A DNA stretch of 64,000 nt from an uncultured Actinomycetes bacterium (GCA_963743275.1 CAVUPB010000001.1:7776-71775); one strand, 5' to 3'. Counted from the first letter of the stretch, positions 43,366-53,650 are shown. The notes: generated by a model not told the origin, from the letters alone. Numbers and translations: made by a program.

Positions 43366-45888
43366 ATGAAGGAAGCCCGCGTCGTTCTCCGCCTCACCGA
43401 CGTCGTCAAGACGTTCCCCGGGGTCGTGGCGCTCAAGGGCGTCGGCCTCGAGGTCGTCGAGGGCGAGGTCCATGCGCTCGTGGGGGAGAACGGCGCGGGC
43501 AAGTCGACGCTCATGGCGGTCGCCGCCGGCTCGACGCTGCCCGACACGGGCATCGTCGAGATCGGCGGCGCCGTCATGGAGCAGCCGTCGCCCGCGACGG
43601 CGCAGGCGATGGGCATCGCCGTCGTCTACCAGCACCTCTCGATCCTCGAAGACCTCACGGTCGCCGAGACGATGGTCTTCGCGATGCCGCGCGGGCGGCG
43701 GCCGTCGCTGCTGCGCGCGGGCCCGTGGGCGCGCGAGAAGCTCGCCGTCGTCGGCGCGTCGATCGACCCCTCGGCCCGCGTCAGCGAGCTGAGCGTGGCC
43801 GACCGCCAGCTCGTCGAGATCGCCAAGGCGCTCGCGCTCGAGCCCAAGGTGCTCGTGCTCGACGAGCCGACGGAGTCGCTCACGCCCGTCGAGAGCGCCC
43901 TCCTGTTCGAGCAGGTGCGCCGGATCACGGCCGCCGGGACGGCCGTCGTCTACATCTCGCACCGCCTCCCGGAGGTGCAGCGCATCGCCGACCGCATCAC
44001 CGTCCTGCGCGACGGCGAGACGCGCGGCACGGTGGCCGCCGCCGGCGTCTCCGAGGCCGAGATCCTGCGGCTCATCATCGGGCGCGCGGTCGATCAGGCC
44101 TTCCCGCCCAAGGCCGAGCTCGCGGCCGGCGCCGAGCCGCTGCTGAGCGTGCGCGGGCTCTCCGGACCGCGCTTCCACGATGTCAGCCTCGCTGTCCGGC
44201 CCGGCGAGATCGTCGGGCTCGCAGGCGTCGAGGGCAACGGCCAGCGCGAGTTCCTGCGCGCGCTGGCGGGGCTCCTGCGCGCGAGCGGCGAGGTCACGCT
44301 CGCCGGCGCGCGCGTGCCCCTGGGCGACCCGGGCAAGGTGCAGCGCGCCGGCATCGTCCACCTGCCCGGCGACCGCCACGCCGAGGGCGTGCTGCTGCCG
44401 CTGAGCGTGCGCGAGAACACCTCGCTGCTCGCGCTCAAGGACGTCGCGCGCGCCGGCATCGTGCAGCGCCGGCGCGAGTCCGAGCTCGTCGCCGGGCAGA
44501 TCCAGCAGCTCGACGTGCGTACGCCGGGGATGGAGACGCCGATCTCGGCGCTCTCCGGCGGCAATCAGCAGAAGGTGCTGTTCGCGCGCTCGCTGCTGGC
44601 GGGGCCGACCGTGCTGCTGGCCGACGAGCCGACGCGCGGCGTCGATGCGAACGCGCGCCTCGAGCTGTACCAGGTGCTGCGCCGCGCCGCCCAGGCCGGC
44701 CAGGCGGTGATCGTGGTCTCCTCGGACGTCGTCGAGCTGCAGGGGCTGTGCGACCGGGTGCTCGTGTTCTCGCGCGGGCAGGCGGTGCGCACGCTCGAGG
44801 GGCCGGAGATCACCGAGGAGAACATCACCGGCGCCGCGATCACGTCGGACACGCACCGCTCCGGCGCGGGCGCGCGGCTGCGCACGGGTCTGCAGTGGCG
44901 CCGCTTCGGCGCCGGCGACTACCTCCCGACCGCCGTGCTCGCGGTCCTCATCGCCGGGCTCACGATCTACACCTCGGCCTCCAACGACCACTTCCTGTCC
45001 CAGTTCAACTTCGTCAGCATGCTGCTGCTCGCGAGCGCCCTCGGATTCATCGCCCTCGGCCAGCTGATCGTCATGCTGACGGGCGGCATCGACCTCTCGG
45101 TCGGCCCGCTCACGGGCCTCGTCGTCGTGGTCATGTCGTTCTTCGCCGGCGCCGGGCAGAGCGAGGCGCGGCTCTGGGTGGGCATCCTCGCGGTGATCGG
45201 AACCGCGGTCGCGGTCGGGCTGACGAACGCCGCGCTCGTGCGCATCGTGCGGCTCGCTCCCGTGCTCGCGACGCTCGCGACCTACATCGTGCTGCAGGGG
45301 ATCTCGCTGCTCCTGCGCGAGACGCCCGGCGGGTTCTTCCGGCCCAGCGTCACGACCACGATCAAGACGACGATCGGCTGGGTGCCCGTCGCGTTCCTGC
45401 TGTGTGCCGGGCTCGCGCTCGCCTGCGAGGCGCTGCTGCGCTGGTCGCGCCTCGGGCTCGCGCTGCGCGCGGTCGGCTCCGACGCCACGCGCGCGCACCG
45501 GCTCGGCGCCCACGTCACGATCACGCAGGTCTCGGCCTACGTGCTCTGCTCGCTCTTCACCGCCGCGGGCGGCGTCATGCTGGCCTCGCAGATCGCGATC
45601 GGCGACCCGAGCGTGGGACTCAACTACACGCTCACGAGCATCACCGCCGTCGTGCTCGGCGGGGCGAGCATCTTCGGTGGCCGTGGCTCGTTCATCGGCG
45701 CCTTCTGCGGCGCCGTGCTGATCCAGGAGATCGTCACGTCCACGACGTTCCTGCAGATCGGGACGGAGTGGCAGTACTACCTGCCGGGCATCCTGATCCT
45801 GGCCGGCGCGGGCGTCTACTCGCGCACGCGCCACCTGGGGCCGTCGGCGCTGAGCTCCGAGACGGCACCCGCACCTGCATCCAACTGA
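43366..45888 (+). CDS. Fused ABC protein: tandem ATPase domains (RbsA-like) + C-terminal RbsC-like permease
   Basis: Single uninterrupted ORF 43366..45888 (840 aa). GENGAGKST, then a second NBD with LSGGNQQKVLFARSL...LLADEPTRGVD. From about aa 505, a permease with IVMLTGGIDLSVGP...LALRAVGSDATRAHRLGAHV...VLGGASIFGGRGSFIG. Confidence 0.85.
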   Translation: MKEARVVLRLTDVVKTFPGVVALKGVGLEVVEGEVHALVGENGAGKSTLMAVAAGSTLPDTGIVEIGGAVMEQPSPATAQAMGIAVVYQHLSILEDLTVAETMVFAMPRGRRPSLLRAGPWAREKLAVVGASIDPSARVSELSVADRQLVEIAKALALEPKVLVLDEPTESLTPVESALLFEQVRRITAAGTAVVYISHRLPEVQRIADRITVLRDGETRGTVAAAGVSEAEILRLIIGRAVDQAFPPKAELAAGAEPLLSVRGLSGPRFHDVSLAVRPGEIVGLAGVEGNGQREFLRALAGLLRASGEVTLAGARVPLGDPGKVQRAGIVHLPGDRHAEGVLLPLSVRENTSLLALKDVARAGIVQRRRESELVAGQIQQLDVRTPGMETPISALSGGNQQKVLFARSLLAGPTVLLADEPTRGVDANARLELYQVLRRAAQAGQAVIVVSSDVVELQGLCDRVLVFSRGQAVRTLEGPEITEENITGAAITSDTHRSGAGARLRTGLQWRRFGAGDYLPTAVLAVLIAGLTIYTSASNDHFLSQFNFVSMLLLASALGFIALGQLIVMLTGGIDLSVGPLTGLVVVVMSFFAGAGQSEARLWVGILAVIGTAVAVGLTNAALVRIVRLAPVLATLATYIVLQGISLLLRETPGGFFRPSVTTTIKTTIGWVPVAFLLCAGLALACEALLRWSRLGLALRAVGSDATRAHRLGAHVTITQVSAYVLCSLFTAAGGVMLASQIAIGDPSVGLNYTLTSITAVVLGGASIFGGRGSFIGAFCGAVLIQEIVTSTTFLQIGTEWQYYLPGILILAGAGVYSRTRHLGPSALSSETAPAPASN

Positions 45889-45905
45889 ATCGATCGAGGA
45901 GAAGC

Positions 45906-46856
45906 ATGGCTGACAAGAAGATCATCGCCGTCGTCGGCGCCACGGGCGCGCAGGGCGGCGGCCTGGTGCGCGCGATCATGGGCGACCCGAACAGCGAGTT
46001 CACCGCGCGCGCGCTCACGCGCGACCCGAGCTCCGACGCCGCCAAGGCACTGGCCGCGCTGGGGGCGGAGGTCGTCGCCACCGACATCGACGACGAGGCC
46101 AGCCTCGAGCGTGCGTTCGAAGGCGCCTACGGCGCGTTCTGCGTGACGTTCTTCTGGGCCCACTTCTCGCCCGAGACCGAGCAGGCCGAAGCCACGTCGA
46201 TGGCCCGCATCGCCAAGGCCAAGGGCCTCAGCCACGTGATCTGGTCGACCCTCGAGGACACGCGCGAGCACATCCCTCTGAGCGACGACCGCATGCCGAC
46301 GCTGCAGGAGAAGTGGAAGGTGCCGCACTACGACTCGAAGGGGTCGATCAACCACGTCTTCACCGACGCCGGGGTGCCGACGACGTTCCTCAACACGTCG
46401 TTCAACTGGGAGAACTTCATCTTCTTCGGCATGGGCCCGCAGCGCGGCGACGACGGCAAGCTGCGCCTCACCCTGCCGATGGGCAGCGCGAAGCTGCCGG
46501 GCATGGCTGTCGAGGACGTCGGCAAGGTCGCGTACGCGATCTTCAAGGCGGGCCAGGCGTACATCGGCAAGACCGTCAGCATCGCGGGCGAGCACCTGAG
46601 CGGCGCCGAGATGGCCGCGGGCTTCAGCAAGGCGCTGGGCGAGGAGGTGGAGTACAACGAGGTCTCGCCCGACGTGTATCGCGGCTTCGGCTTCCCCGGA
46701 GCGGACGACATCGGCAACATGTTCCAGTTCAAGCGCGACTTCGAGAAGGAGTACTGCGGGCCGCGCGACATCGCCGCCACGCGCGCGCTCGACCCGGAGC
46801 TGCAGTCCTTCGAGCAGTGGCTGGCGGCCAACGCCAGCCGCATCCCGATCGGCTAG
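45906..46856 (+). CDS. NmrA-family NAD(P)-binding protein
   Basis: ATG 45906: MADKKIIAVVGATGAQGGGLVRAI...VPHYDSKG... Confidence 0.85.
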   Translation: MADKKIIAVVGATGAQGGGLVRAIMGDPNSEFTARALTRDPSSDAAKALAALGAEVVATDIDDEASLERAFEGAYGAFCVTFFWAHFSPETEQAEATSMARIAKAKGLSHVIWSTLEDTREHIPLSDDRMPTLQEKWKVPHYDSKGSINHVFTDAGVPTTFLNTSFNWENFIFFGMGPQRGDDGKLRLTLPMGSAKLPGMAVEDVGKVAYAIFKAGQAYIGKTVSIAGEHLSGAEMAAGFSKALGEEVEYNEVSPDVYRGFGFPGADDIGNMFQFKRDFEKEYCGPRDIAATRALDPELQSFEQWLAANASRIPIG

Positions 46857-46874
46857 CGCCGCTTCGCAGCACGC

Positions 46875-46924
46875 ACGGCGGCCGGTTCCCAACCTCCCCG
46901 AACGGGGTAGGCGGAACCGGCCGT
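46875..46924 (+). terminator. Compound GC hairpin after the nmrA-like gene
   Basis: GGCCGGTTCC ... GGAACCGGCC (10-bp stem) enclosing CCCC-GAAC-GGGG. No U-tract. Confidence 0.35.
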
Positions 46925-46966
46925 CCGCCCTGCGCGCGATCGCGGGGCGGCCGCTTTCATGGCGGT

Positions 46967-48325
46967 GTGGCGATCATCACCAGACAGCGGCTGCGCGCCG
47001 CGACAGCGGCAGGTGTCCTCGCAGCGGCGCTCGCGGGCGGCGCGATCGCGTACGCCGACGGCACGCTCGACCCGGGCTTCAACGGCGGCGCCGTGCGCGT
47101 CGGGACGAACGCGCAGGGGCTCGCGTGGTCGACGGCGAGCGTGCGCATCCCGGCCGTCGTCCAGGCCGACGGCCGCATCGTGGTCGGCGGCGCGAGCGGC
47201 GGCGCAATGACGCTCGCGCGCTTCAACGGCGACGGGTCGCTCGACACGACCTACGGGACGAACGGCTTCGTGACGGCGCGCTTCGCCGGCACCCCGACGA
47301 CCTCGCCCGGCGCCTCCGGCGCGACCGCGCTGACGCTCGACGGCGCCGGCAACGTGCTCGCGGCCGGGTTCGGCGGCTCGCAGTCCATGTTCGTCGCGCG
47401 CTTCTCGCCCGCGGGCGCGATGCTCGCGAGCGTCGTCTGCTTCGCGCCGCACCTGATCGACTACACCGCGCACGCGATCGCCGCGCGGCCCGACGGGAGC
47501 GTCGTGATCGCCGGGCAGGCGCGCGATCGCTGGCACGGGACGCCGTACAAGCTCTACGGCGCGCGCGCCGTCGTGCAGGTCACGGGCGCGTCCGCGCGCA
47601 CGAACGGCTGCGGCACCCAGGGGACGTCGGCGACGACGCAGAAGACGACCGGCTCCTCCGGCGTGACGGTCGACGGCCTCGCCACCGACGGCACGCTGCT
47701 CGACGGCAGCCTGGCCGGGCGCGTCTACCAGGGCGTCGCCGTGCGCGGCGACGGCTCCTACGTCACAGCGGCCGCCAACGGCGCGATCTCGAGCTTCACG
47801 GCCGCAGGCGCGGTCAACGGCGGCTTCGGCAACGGCGGCTCGACGACGATCGCGACGGCCGCGCTGCACGCCGTGCGGGTGCTGCCGGACGGGAGCGTGC
47901 TGGCCGCCGGCGAGGGCACGGGCGCGTCGAGCGCGCGGCGGCTGCTGGTCGCCAAGCTCGCCCCGGCGGGCACGCCCGCGGCCGGCTTCGGCACGGCGGG
48001 CGTCGCGCGCCTGCTCGCGGGCGTCGGCAACAACCAGGGCCAGGCGCTCGCGCTGCAGTCGGATGGCCGCATCCTCGTCGCGGGCGGCGCGGTCCTGAGC
48101 GGCAGCGTCTCGCAGCTCGCCGTCGCGCGCCTCACCGCGGGCGGCCTGCCCGACACGACCTGGTCGCCCACGGGCGTCGTCACGACCGCGCTCGGGGCAA
48201 CCGGCTGGGCGACCGCGATCGCGCCCTCGGCGAGCGGCTTCGTCGTCGCGGGCCGCCGCGCCGACGCCGCGATGGGCAACGCCTACCTCGACGTCGTCGT
48301 CGCGCGCTACACCGGCGGCCCGTAG
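46967..48325 (+). CDS. Secreted repeat protein (delta-60-type beta-propeller repeats)
   Basis: GTG 46967: signal-like MAIITRQRLRAATAAGVLAAALAGGAIAYA. Repeated ...DG(S/T)LDxxFGxxG...QxDGRI(V/L)V(G/A)G...ARF/ARL units. Confidence 0.6.
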   Translation: MAIITRQRLRAATAAGVLAAALAGGAIAYADGTLDPGFNGGAVRVGTNAQGLAWSTASVRIPAVVQADGRIVVGGASGGAMTLARFNGDGSLDTTYGTNGFVTARFAGTPTTSPGASGATALTLDGAGNVLAAGFGGSQSMFVARFSPAGAMLASVVCFAPHLIDYTAHAIAARPDGSVVIAGQARDRWHGTPYKLYGARAVVQVTGASARTNGCGTQGTSATTQKTTGSSGVTVDGLATDGTLLDGSLAGRVYQGVAVRGDGSYVTAAANGAISSFTAAGAVNGGFGNGGSTTIATAALHAVRVLPDGSVLAAGEGTGASSARRLLVAKLAPAGTPAAGFGTAGVARLLAGVGNNQGQALALQSDGRILVAGGAVLSGSVSQLAVARLTAGGLPDTTWSPTGVVTTALGATGWATAIAPSASGFVVAGRRADAAMGNAYLDVVVARYTGGP

Positions 48326-48335
48326 CGTTCCCGGA

Positions 48336-49103
48336 ATGGGAACGCTCGAGGGTCGCGTCGCAATCGTCACCGGAGGGGGCGCCGGGCTGGGCCTCGCGAT
48401 CGCGGAGGAGCTCGCGGCCGCGGGCTGCGCCATCGCGATCGCGGAGCGCGACACCGCCGCGGGCGAGGCGGCCGCGGCGGGCTTGCGGGCGCAGGGCGCC
48501 GAGGCCCGGAGCTACGCCGTCGACGTCAGCGTCGCGGCGCAGGTCGACGCGCTCTTCGCGGCCGTTCCGGGCGACCTCGGCCGGCTCGACATCGTCGTCA
48601 ACAATGCCGGGGTCAGCCACGTCGGCCCGCCCGTGGCGGAGACCACCGACGAGGCCTGGGCCGAGTCGATCGCCGTCATGCAGACCGGCGTCTTCCACTG
48701 CATGCGCGCGGCCGCGCGTCACCTGCTCCCGCAGGGCTCGGGCAGCGTCGTCAACATCTCCTCGATCCGCGGCTTCTCGCCCAACCCGGGCCGCATCGCC
48801 TACTGCGCCGCCAAGGCAGCCGTGCTGATGATGACGCGCGTGGCCGCGGGCGAGTGGGCCGGGAGCGGGGTGCGCATCAACGCGATCGCGCCCGGGATCC
48901 AGCGCACGCCGATGTGGGACGCCGATGTCGCTCGCGGCGCGATCGACGAGCCGTTCTACCTGCGCACGGTGCCCGCGGGCCGCATCGGCGACCCGCGCGA
49001 GGTCGGCAAGCTGGCCGTCTACCTGTGCTCGGACGACGCCGCGTACATCACGGGCGGGTGCTTCACGATCGACGGCGGGCTGACGTCGATCCCCGCCGGC
49101 TAG
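48336..49103 (+). CDS. Short-chain dehydrogenase/reductase (SDR)
   Basis: ORF 48336..49103: VAIVTGGGAGLGLAIA...NNAGV...YCAAKAAV...FTIDGGL. Confidence 0.9.
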   Translation: MGTLEGRVAIVTGGGAGLGLAIAEELAAAGCAIAIAERDTAAGEAAAAGLRAQGAEARSYAVDVSVAAQVDALFAAVPGDLGRLDIVVNNAGVSHVGPPVAETTDEAWAESIAVMQTGVFHCMRAAARHLLPQGSGSVVNISSIRGFSPNPGRIAYCAAKAAVLMMTRVAAGEWAGSGVRINAIAPGIQRTPMWDADVARGAIDEPFYLRTVPAGRIGDPREVGKLAVYLCSDDAAYITGGCFTIDGGLTSIPAG

Positions 49104-49128
49104 ACGTATATCCGGGGCCAGGCCGCGG

Positions 49129-50130
49129 ATGCGCGGCACCGGGGTCGTCCTCGGAGGATCGGACTACCATGGAGACGTGGCAGCCGTCGAGGCACGTCGT
49201 CGTCGCGACCCTGGTCCGAAGCAGCTCGCGCACGTTGCGCGCGAGCGCGTTCGCGTGGCTCCGCGCGGCGGCGCCGAGATCGCACCGCCCCGGGTCGGGC
49301 GCGTCGTGGAGGCGAAGCCGCTCGCGGTCGTCGTCACCCGGCCGGCGCCGGCCCGCCCGCAGCGCAGGCCCTGGTCGGACGAGCGCAAGCGGCGCTTCCA
49401 GCGGCGCTTCCTGCCGGCCGCGACCGCGCTCGTGCTGGCGCCGATCCCGATCGGCCGCGTCGTGCTCGGCGGCGACGGCCCGGCCCCGCTCCCGGTTCCG
49501 CCGGCCGCCGTCGGCTCGAGCGGCCGCCTCCGCGGACTGCCGGTCCCGCCCATCTTCCTGCCGCTGCCGACACCGGCTCCGCCGGCGCGCGGCGGCAGCT
49601 CGTCCGTCATGCCCGAGATCGTCTGGCGCGACTCCATCTCGCTCGGCCTCCCCTACCAGGGGCGGCTGATCGACGGCGTGCAACTGCCCGCCGAGAGCCC
49701 GCTCTGGACGACCTGGGATCCCGCCCTCGACCGCGTGCCGGACCGCGACTACCGGCGCTACGGCAGCGCGAAGCTCGTGCACCTGCTCGTCTCGGTCGCG
49801 CAGGCCTACCACGACGCCAACCCGAACGCCCCGCGCCTCGTCATCGGCGACCTCAGCCGGCGCGGCGGCGGCCCGCTCGACCAGCACGAGTCGCACCAGA
49901 ACGGCCTCGACGTCGACGTCTACTACCCGCGCACCGACGGCCTCGAGATCGCACCGACGACCATCGAGCAGGTCGACATCCCGCTCGCGCGCGATCTCCT
50001 CGACCGCTTCGTCGCCGCACACGCGGAGTTCGTCTTCGTGGGCCCGCACCTGCCGCTGAGCGGCCCCGCGGGCGTCGTCGAGCCGCTCGTCGGCCACGAC
50101 AACCACATGCACGTCCGCATCTTCCCGTAG
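49129..50130 (+). CDS. Penicillin-insensitive murein endopeptidase-like (M74/LAS-type) protein; start uncertain
   Basis: ORF 49129..50130. C-terminal 180 aa: HESHQNGLDVDVYYP...GHDNHMHVRI. TM-like LPAATALVLAPIPIG and a Pro-rich linker upstream. Confidence 0.6.
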   Translation: MRGTGVVLGGSDYHGDVAAVEARRRRDPGPKQLAHVARERVRVAPRGGAEIAPPRVGRVVEAKPLAVVVTRPAPARPQRRPWSDERKRRFQRRFLPAATALVLAPIPIGRVVLGGDGPAPLPVPPAAVGSSGRLRGLPVPPIFLPLPTPAPPARGGSSSVMPEIVWRDSISLGLPYQGRLIDGVQLPAESPLWTTWDPALDRVPDRDYRRYGSAKLVHLLVSVAQAYHDANPNAPRLVIGDLSRRGGGPLDQHESHQNGLDVDVYYPRTDGLEIAPTTIEQVDIPLARDLLDRFVAAHAEFVFVGPHLPLSGPAGVVEPLVGHDNHMHVRIFP

Positions 50131-50154
50131 CGGCGGCCCGCCAGGAGACGGCGC

Positions 50155-50206
50155 GGCCGGTCGCGGGCCAGGCGTGCGCCCGCGACCGGCCGCTCCGTTG
50201 GAGCGG
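50155..50206. terminator. Bidirectional terminator candidates between convergent genes
   Basis: GGCCGGTCGCGGGC (50155-50168) / GCCCGCGACCGGCC (50178-50191), a perfect 14-bp stem, followed by CCGCTCC-GTT-GGAGCGG. Confidence 0.5.
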
Positions 50207-50210
50207 AGGA

Positions 50211-51833
50211 CTAGGAGGGGATGACCTCGGAGGTCACGTTGTCGCCGTGCTGATGGGTGAAGAAGAGGCGCCAGCCATGCGAGAGCCCCTTCGGGATCGA
50301 CGCGCCGAGCACGCCCGCCGCGGTCGGGTCGCCGTTGGACTCGTGGATGCCGGTGATCTCGTTGTCGCCCTCGTTGTTGAAGCCGTTGCCCGAGATGCCG
50401 CTGATCGCCGAGTCGATCGTCGCGGACGGGTCACGGCCCTCGGCGATGACCTTGACCGGCTGTGCGCCGCCGGCGTAGTCGCCGTTGACGTCGAACATGA
50501 ACGCCGAGTCGAGCGCGTTGACCGACGAGTGGAGGCCGTCGCCCGCGTCCTGCGAGGCGATCACGTGCGTCTTGTCGAAGAACGTGATGTTGTCGAAGCC
50601 CGAGCGCGTCTTGTCGGAGAGGTAGAACAGCGAGAGCGTGCCCTTGTCGCTCTTCGGGTCCTGCTGCAGCTCGAGCAGGCCGCCGAAGCCGCCGTAGGCC
50701 ACGCCCGCCTCGCTCGAGGCGTTGGTGTCGCCGGTCTCGGTGAAGAAGAACTTCTTGAAGCCCGTGCCCGGCTTGAAGACCCCGTTCTCGGGCCGCTTGA
50801 ACGGCGTGCCGCCGGCCTTCTTGGCGGCTGCGTTCGCGCTGAACGCTGCGGTGCCGTCCTTGGCGGTGTCGTGGATCGTGACCCACGTCGTCTTGAACGT
50901 CTTGCCGTAGGTGTGCAGGTCCTTCATGTCGGCCGAGAGGATGTCCGCGTCGGCCTGGCCGTCGTGGAAGACGATCGCGCCCGTGTGCGAGAGCGACGCG
51001 ACCTGCAGCACCTGCAGCTTCCCGCCCTTGTCGAGGTTGGCCGGGTCCGTGGCCAGGAAGCGGTAGAGGAAGCTGTTCGGCTGCTTGGCGTGCGTGTTGA
51101 CCTTGCCGGCCGGCCCGCCGGCGTCCTCGACGATGTAGAGGTTGCCCTTGTCGTCGTTCTGGATGCCCTCGTAGCCGCCCTGGCCGAGCACGCCCCAGAG
51201 CGTCGTGACCTTGGACGGGAAGTCGAGCGTCGCCTGCGTCACGCCGCCGGCGTCGCCGCCCTCGGTCGTGAAGAGGAGCCGCTGCGCCCACGGATCCCAG
51301 GTCGAGCCGTCGATCACGGGCACCGGCGTGGTGCCGTCGGCGAGCGTCTCGGCGAGCTTCGTCACGCGATGCGCGGCGTCGGCGTCGAGGTTGATGCGCG
51401 TGATGTAGCTCCCCTTGGAGCCGAGCTCGTGGCCCTGGTAGAGGAAGTGCGTGCCGTAGTCGTACTTCGCGTCGGCGCCGTGCTGGCCCTTGACGACGAG
51501 GTAGGTGTTCTTGTCGGGCTCGCTCTTGCTGGCCTCGACGTTGTGGCCCGTGGCCTGCACGTCACCGGGCGCCGGGACCATCGGGCCGTCGTTGTAGTAG
51601 CCGTACCAGCTGGTGAGCGCGGACGGGTTCTCGAGCGCGTTCGAGCCCTGCGCCACCGTCGTCTCGCGCCACTGCGGCGAGATCTTGTCCGGCAGCGAGA
51701 TGCCCGCCGTCTTGGTGTTGGCCGAGCCGGCGTCGGTGAGCGCCGGTCCACTCGCGAACGTCGTGGCGCCGAGCACCGCGACCCCTGCGAGCGCCGCCGC
51801 CACCCCTGCAATCCGGATCCTCTTTGCGGACAC
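50211..51833 (-). CDS. Secreted beta-propeller protein, DUF839/PhoX-like
   Basis: ORF 50211..51833: signal MSAKRIRIAGVAAALAGVAVLGATTFA; ...EGIQNDDKGNLYIVEDAGG...FKRPENGVF...NEGDNEITGIH. The family call is from memory of PhoX-like proteins and is moderate. Confidence 0.55.
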   Translation of the reverse strand: MSAKRIRIAGVAAALAGVAVLGATTFASGPALTDAGSANTKTAGISLPDKISPQWRETTVAQGSNALENPSALTSWYGYYNDGPMVPAPGDVQATGHNVEASKSEPDKNTYLVVKGQHGADAKYDYGTHFLYQGHELGSKGSYITRINLDADAAHRVTKLAETLADGTTPVPVIDGSTWDPWAQRLLFTTEGGDAGGVTQATLDFPSKVTTLWGVLGQGGYEGIQNDDKGNLYIVEDAGGPAGKVNTHAKQPNSFLYRFLATDPANLDKGGKLQVLQVASLSHTGAIVFHDGQADADILSADMKDLHTYGKTFKTTWVTIHDTAKDGTAAFSANAAAKKAGGTPFKRPENGVFKPGTGFKKFFFTETGDTNASSEAGVAYGGFGGLLELQQDPKSDKGTLSLFYLSDKTRSGFDNITFFDKTHVIASQDAGDGLHSSVNALDSAFMFDVNGDYAGGAQPVKVIAEGRDPSATIDSAISGISGNGFNNEGDNEITGIHESNGDPTAAGVLGASIPKGLSHGWRLFFTHQHGDNVTSEVIPS

Positions 51834-51951
51834 GGGCGATTCCCTCCAGGATTTCAGACACGCGGGATCGGCCAGGCGGCGCGGCCCCGCTCGGTCGATG
51901 TCACCGTAGGTATGAGGTGGCCGCGGCGGGAATCGGTCCGGTGAAGATGCG

Positions 51952-52761
51952 GTGACCGTCCGGAGAACCGCCCTGGAGCGTGGCGGAAGCTACCCTGCAC
52001 GCGTGGCGCCGCTCGCCGTTCACAGCTTCCTCGGCGAGGTGGCGCGCCCGCACTACGAGGCCGTCGCCCACGCGCTCGGCGCCGAGACCGGCGTCACGGT
52101 CGCCCCCCTGCGGGAGACGCCGCTCGCCGAGCTCCCCGCGGTCGTGGCCGGGCCGCCCGCGCTGCTCTTCGTGTGCGGCCTGCCGTACACGCGCATGCGC
52201 GACGCCGGCGCGCCCATCGAGCCGCTCGCCGCGCCGGTGCCGGACGACGAGGACGGCCCGTGGTACCGCGCCGACCTGCTCGTGGCGCCCGGCGTGGACG
52301 TGACCGCGCCCGAGCAGCTGCGCGGGCGCCGCGTCGGGTTCAACGGAGACGACTCGCTCTCGGGGTGGGTGATGCCGCGCCACGCGCTGCGCGCGCTCGG
52401 CATCGATCCGGACGACTACGACTGGGTGCGGACGGGCAGCCACCACGCCTCGCTCGCGGCGCTCCTGCGCGGCGAGGTCGAGGCCGCCCCGATCGACTCG
52501 ACCGTGCTGACGCTCGAGCGCCGGGCCGACCCGGCGCTCGCCGCGCTCGCGCGGATCGCGCGTCTCGGGCACATGCCGAGCCCGCCGGTCGCGCTCGTCG
52601 GCGGCGATGCCGGGCTCGCGGCGTCGCTGCGCACGGCGCTGACCACGCTCGCGCGCAGCGAGGAGGGGCGAGCCGCGCTCGCGCTCGGCGCGGTGCAGCG
52701 CTTCGACGCCGTCGGCGACGCCGACTACGCGCCGGTGCGCGCGGCCGACGCCACGCGCTGA
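51952..52761 (+). CDS. PhnD-like (phosphate/phosphonate-type) periplasmic binding-fold protein; start uncertain
   Basis: ORF 51952..52761: LLFVCGLPYTRM...YRADLLVAPG...RVGFNGDDSLSGWVMPRHAL...GSHHASLAALLRGEVEAAPIDS. Confidence 0.55.
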   Translation: MTVRRTALERGGSYPARVAPLAVHSFLGEVARPHYEAVAHALGAETGVTVAPLRETPLAELPAVVAGPPALLFVCGLPYTRMRDAGAPIEPLAAPVPDDEDGPWYRADLLVAPGVDVTAPEQLRGRRVGFNGDDSLSGWVMPRHALRALGIDPDDYDWVRTGSHHASLAALLRGEVEAAPIDSTVLTLERRADPALAALARIARLGHMPSPPVALVGGDAGLAASLRTALTTLARSEEGRAALALGAVQRFDAVGDADYAPVRAADATR

Positions 52762-53480
52762 GGCTTCCAGCCGTCGCGGCGCAGGCGCGCGACCATGCGC
52801 ACGCCCTCGAGCGCGATGGCCGGATGCATCTTCGACTGCCCGGCGGTGCGATCGCGGAACGTGAACGGCAGCTCGACGACCCGCAGGCCGGCGCGATGCG
52901 CGCGCTGCGTCGTCTCGACCTGGAAGACGTAGCCCTGCGAGCGCGTCGAGGCGACGTCGATGGCCGTGAGCGCGGAGGCCCGCCAGAGCTTGAGGCCGCC
53001 CGAGAGATCGGTGTAGGGCAGGCCGAGCGTGCGCGACGAGAGCGCGCACCCGACCCGGCTCGCGACGCGGCGGTGGAGCGGCCAGCCGTCGCTGCCGCCG
53101 CCGGGCGCATAGCGCGAGCCGAGCACGAGGTCGGCGCCGCGGCCGAGCGCTGCGAGCATCTGCGGCAGGATCGCCGGCGGGTGCGAGAGATCGGCGTCGA
53201 GCTGGGCGATGGCGGCGTAGCCGCGCTCGAGCGCCCACGCGAAGCCGGCACGGTAGGCGTTGCCGAGACCGTCCTTGCCCGGGCGGTGGAGGACGTGCAT
53301 CCACGGGCGCGTGGCGGCCAGGCGGTCGGCCAGCGCTCCGGTGCCGTCCGGCGAGGCGTCGTCGACGACGAGCAGCTCGATGCCGGGCGCCTCGCGCTCG
53401 AACGCTGCGACGAGACGATGCAGCGTGGCTGCCTCGTTGTAGGTGGGGACGACGGCGAGGGCGGGGGAGAATGTGCTCAC
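52725..53480 (-). CDS. Polyprenol-phosphate mannose synthase-like GT2 (Ppm1/Dpm1-type)
   Basis: GTG 53480 in ORF 52725..53801: LAVVPTYNEAATL...LLVVDDASPDGT...GKDGLGNAYRAGF...AQLDADLSHPP...GSRY. The 3' end overlaps the convergent gene by 37 nt. Confidence 0.85.
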   Translation of the reverse strand: MSTFSPALAVVPTYNEAATLHRLVAAFEREAPGIELLVVDDASPDGTGALADRLAATRPWMHVLHRPGKDGLGNAYRAGFAWALERGYAAIAQLDADLSHPPAILPQMLAALGRGADLVLGSRYAPGGGSDGWPLHRRVASRVGCALSSRTLGLPYTDLSGGLKLWRASALTAIDVASTRSQGYVFQVETTQRAHRAGLRVVELPFTFRDRTAGQSKMHPAIALEGVRMVARLRRDGWKPQRVASAARTGA

Positions 53481-53650
53481 GGCCTCAGGATGCGCGCGCC
53501 CGCCAAGCCTGCCGGTGGCCGTCGACGAGCGGTCGATCGCGACCGTTGAACGGCATTCGCAGACCCGGGGGGCGATATGCAAGACTGCGGAGCGAGGGGC
53601 CGGATGTGCGCGCGACAGCGTGCGCGTCGAGCGCCTGCTCGCCCGCCAGC

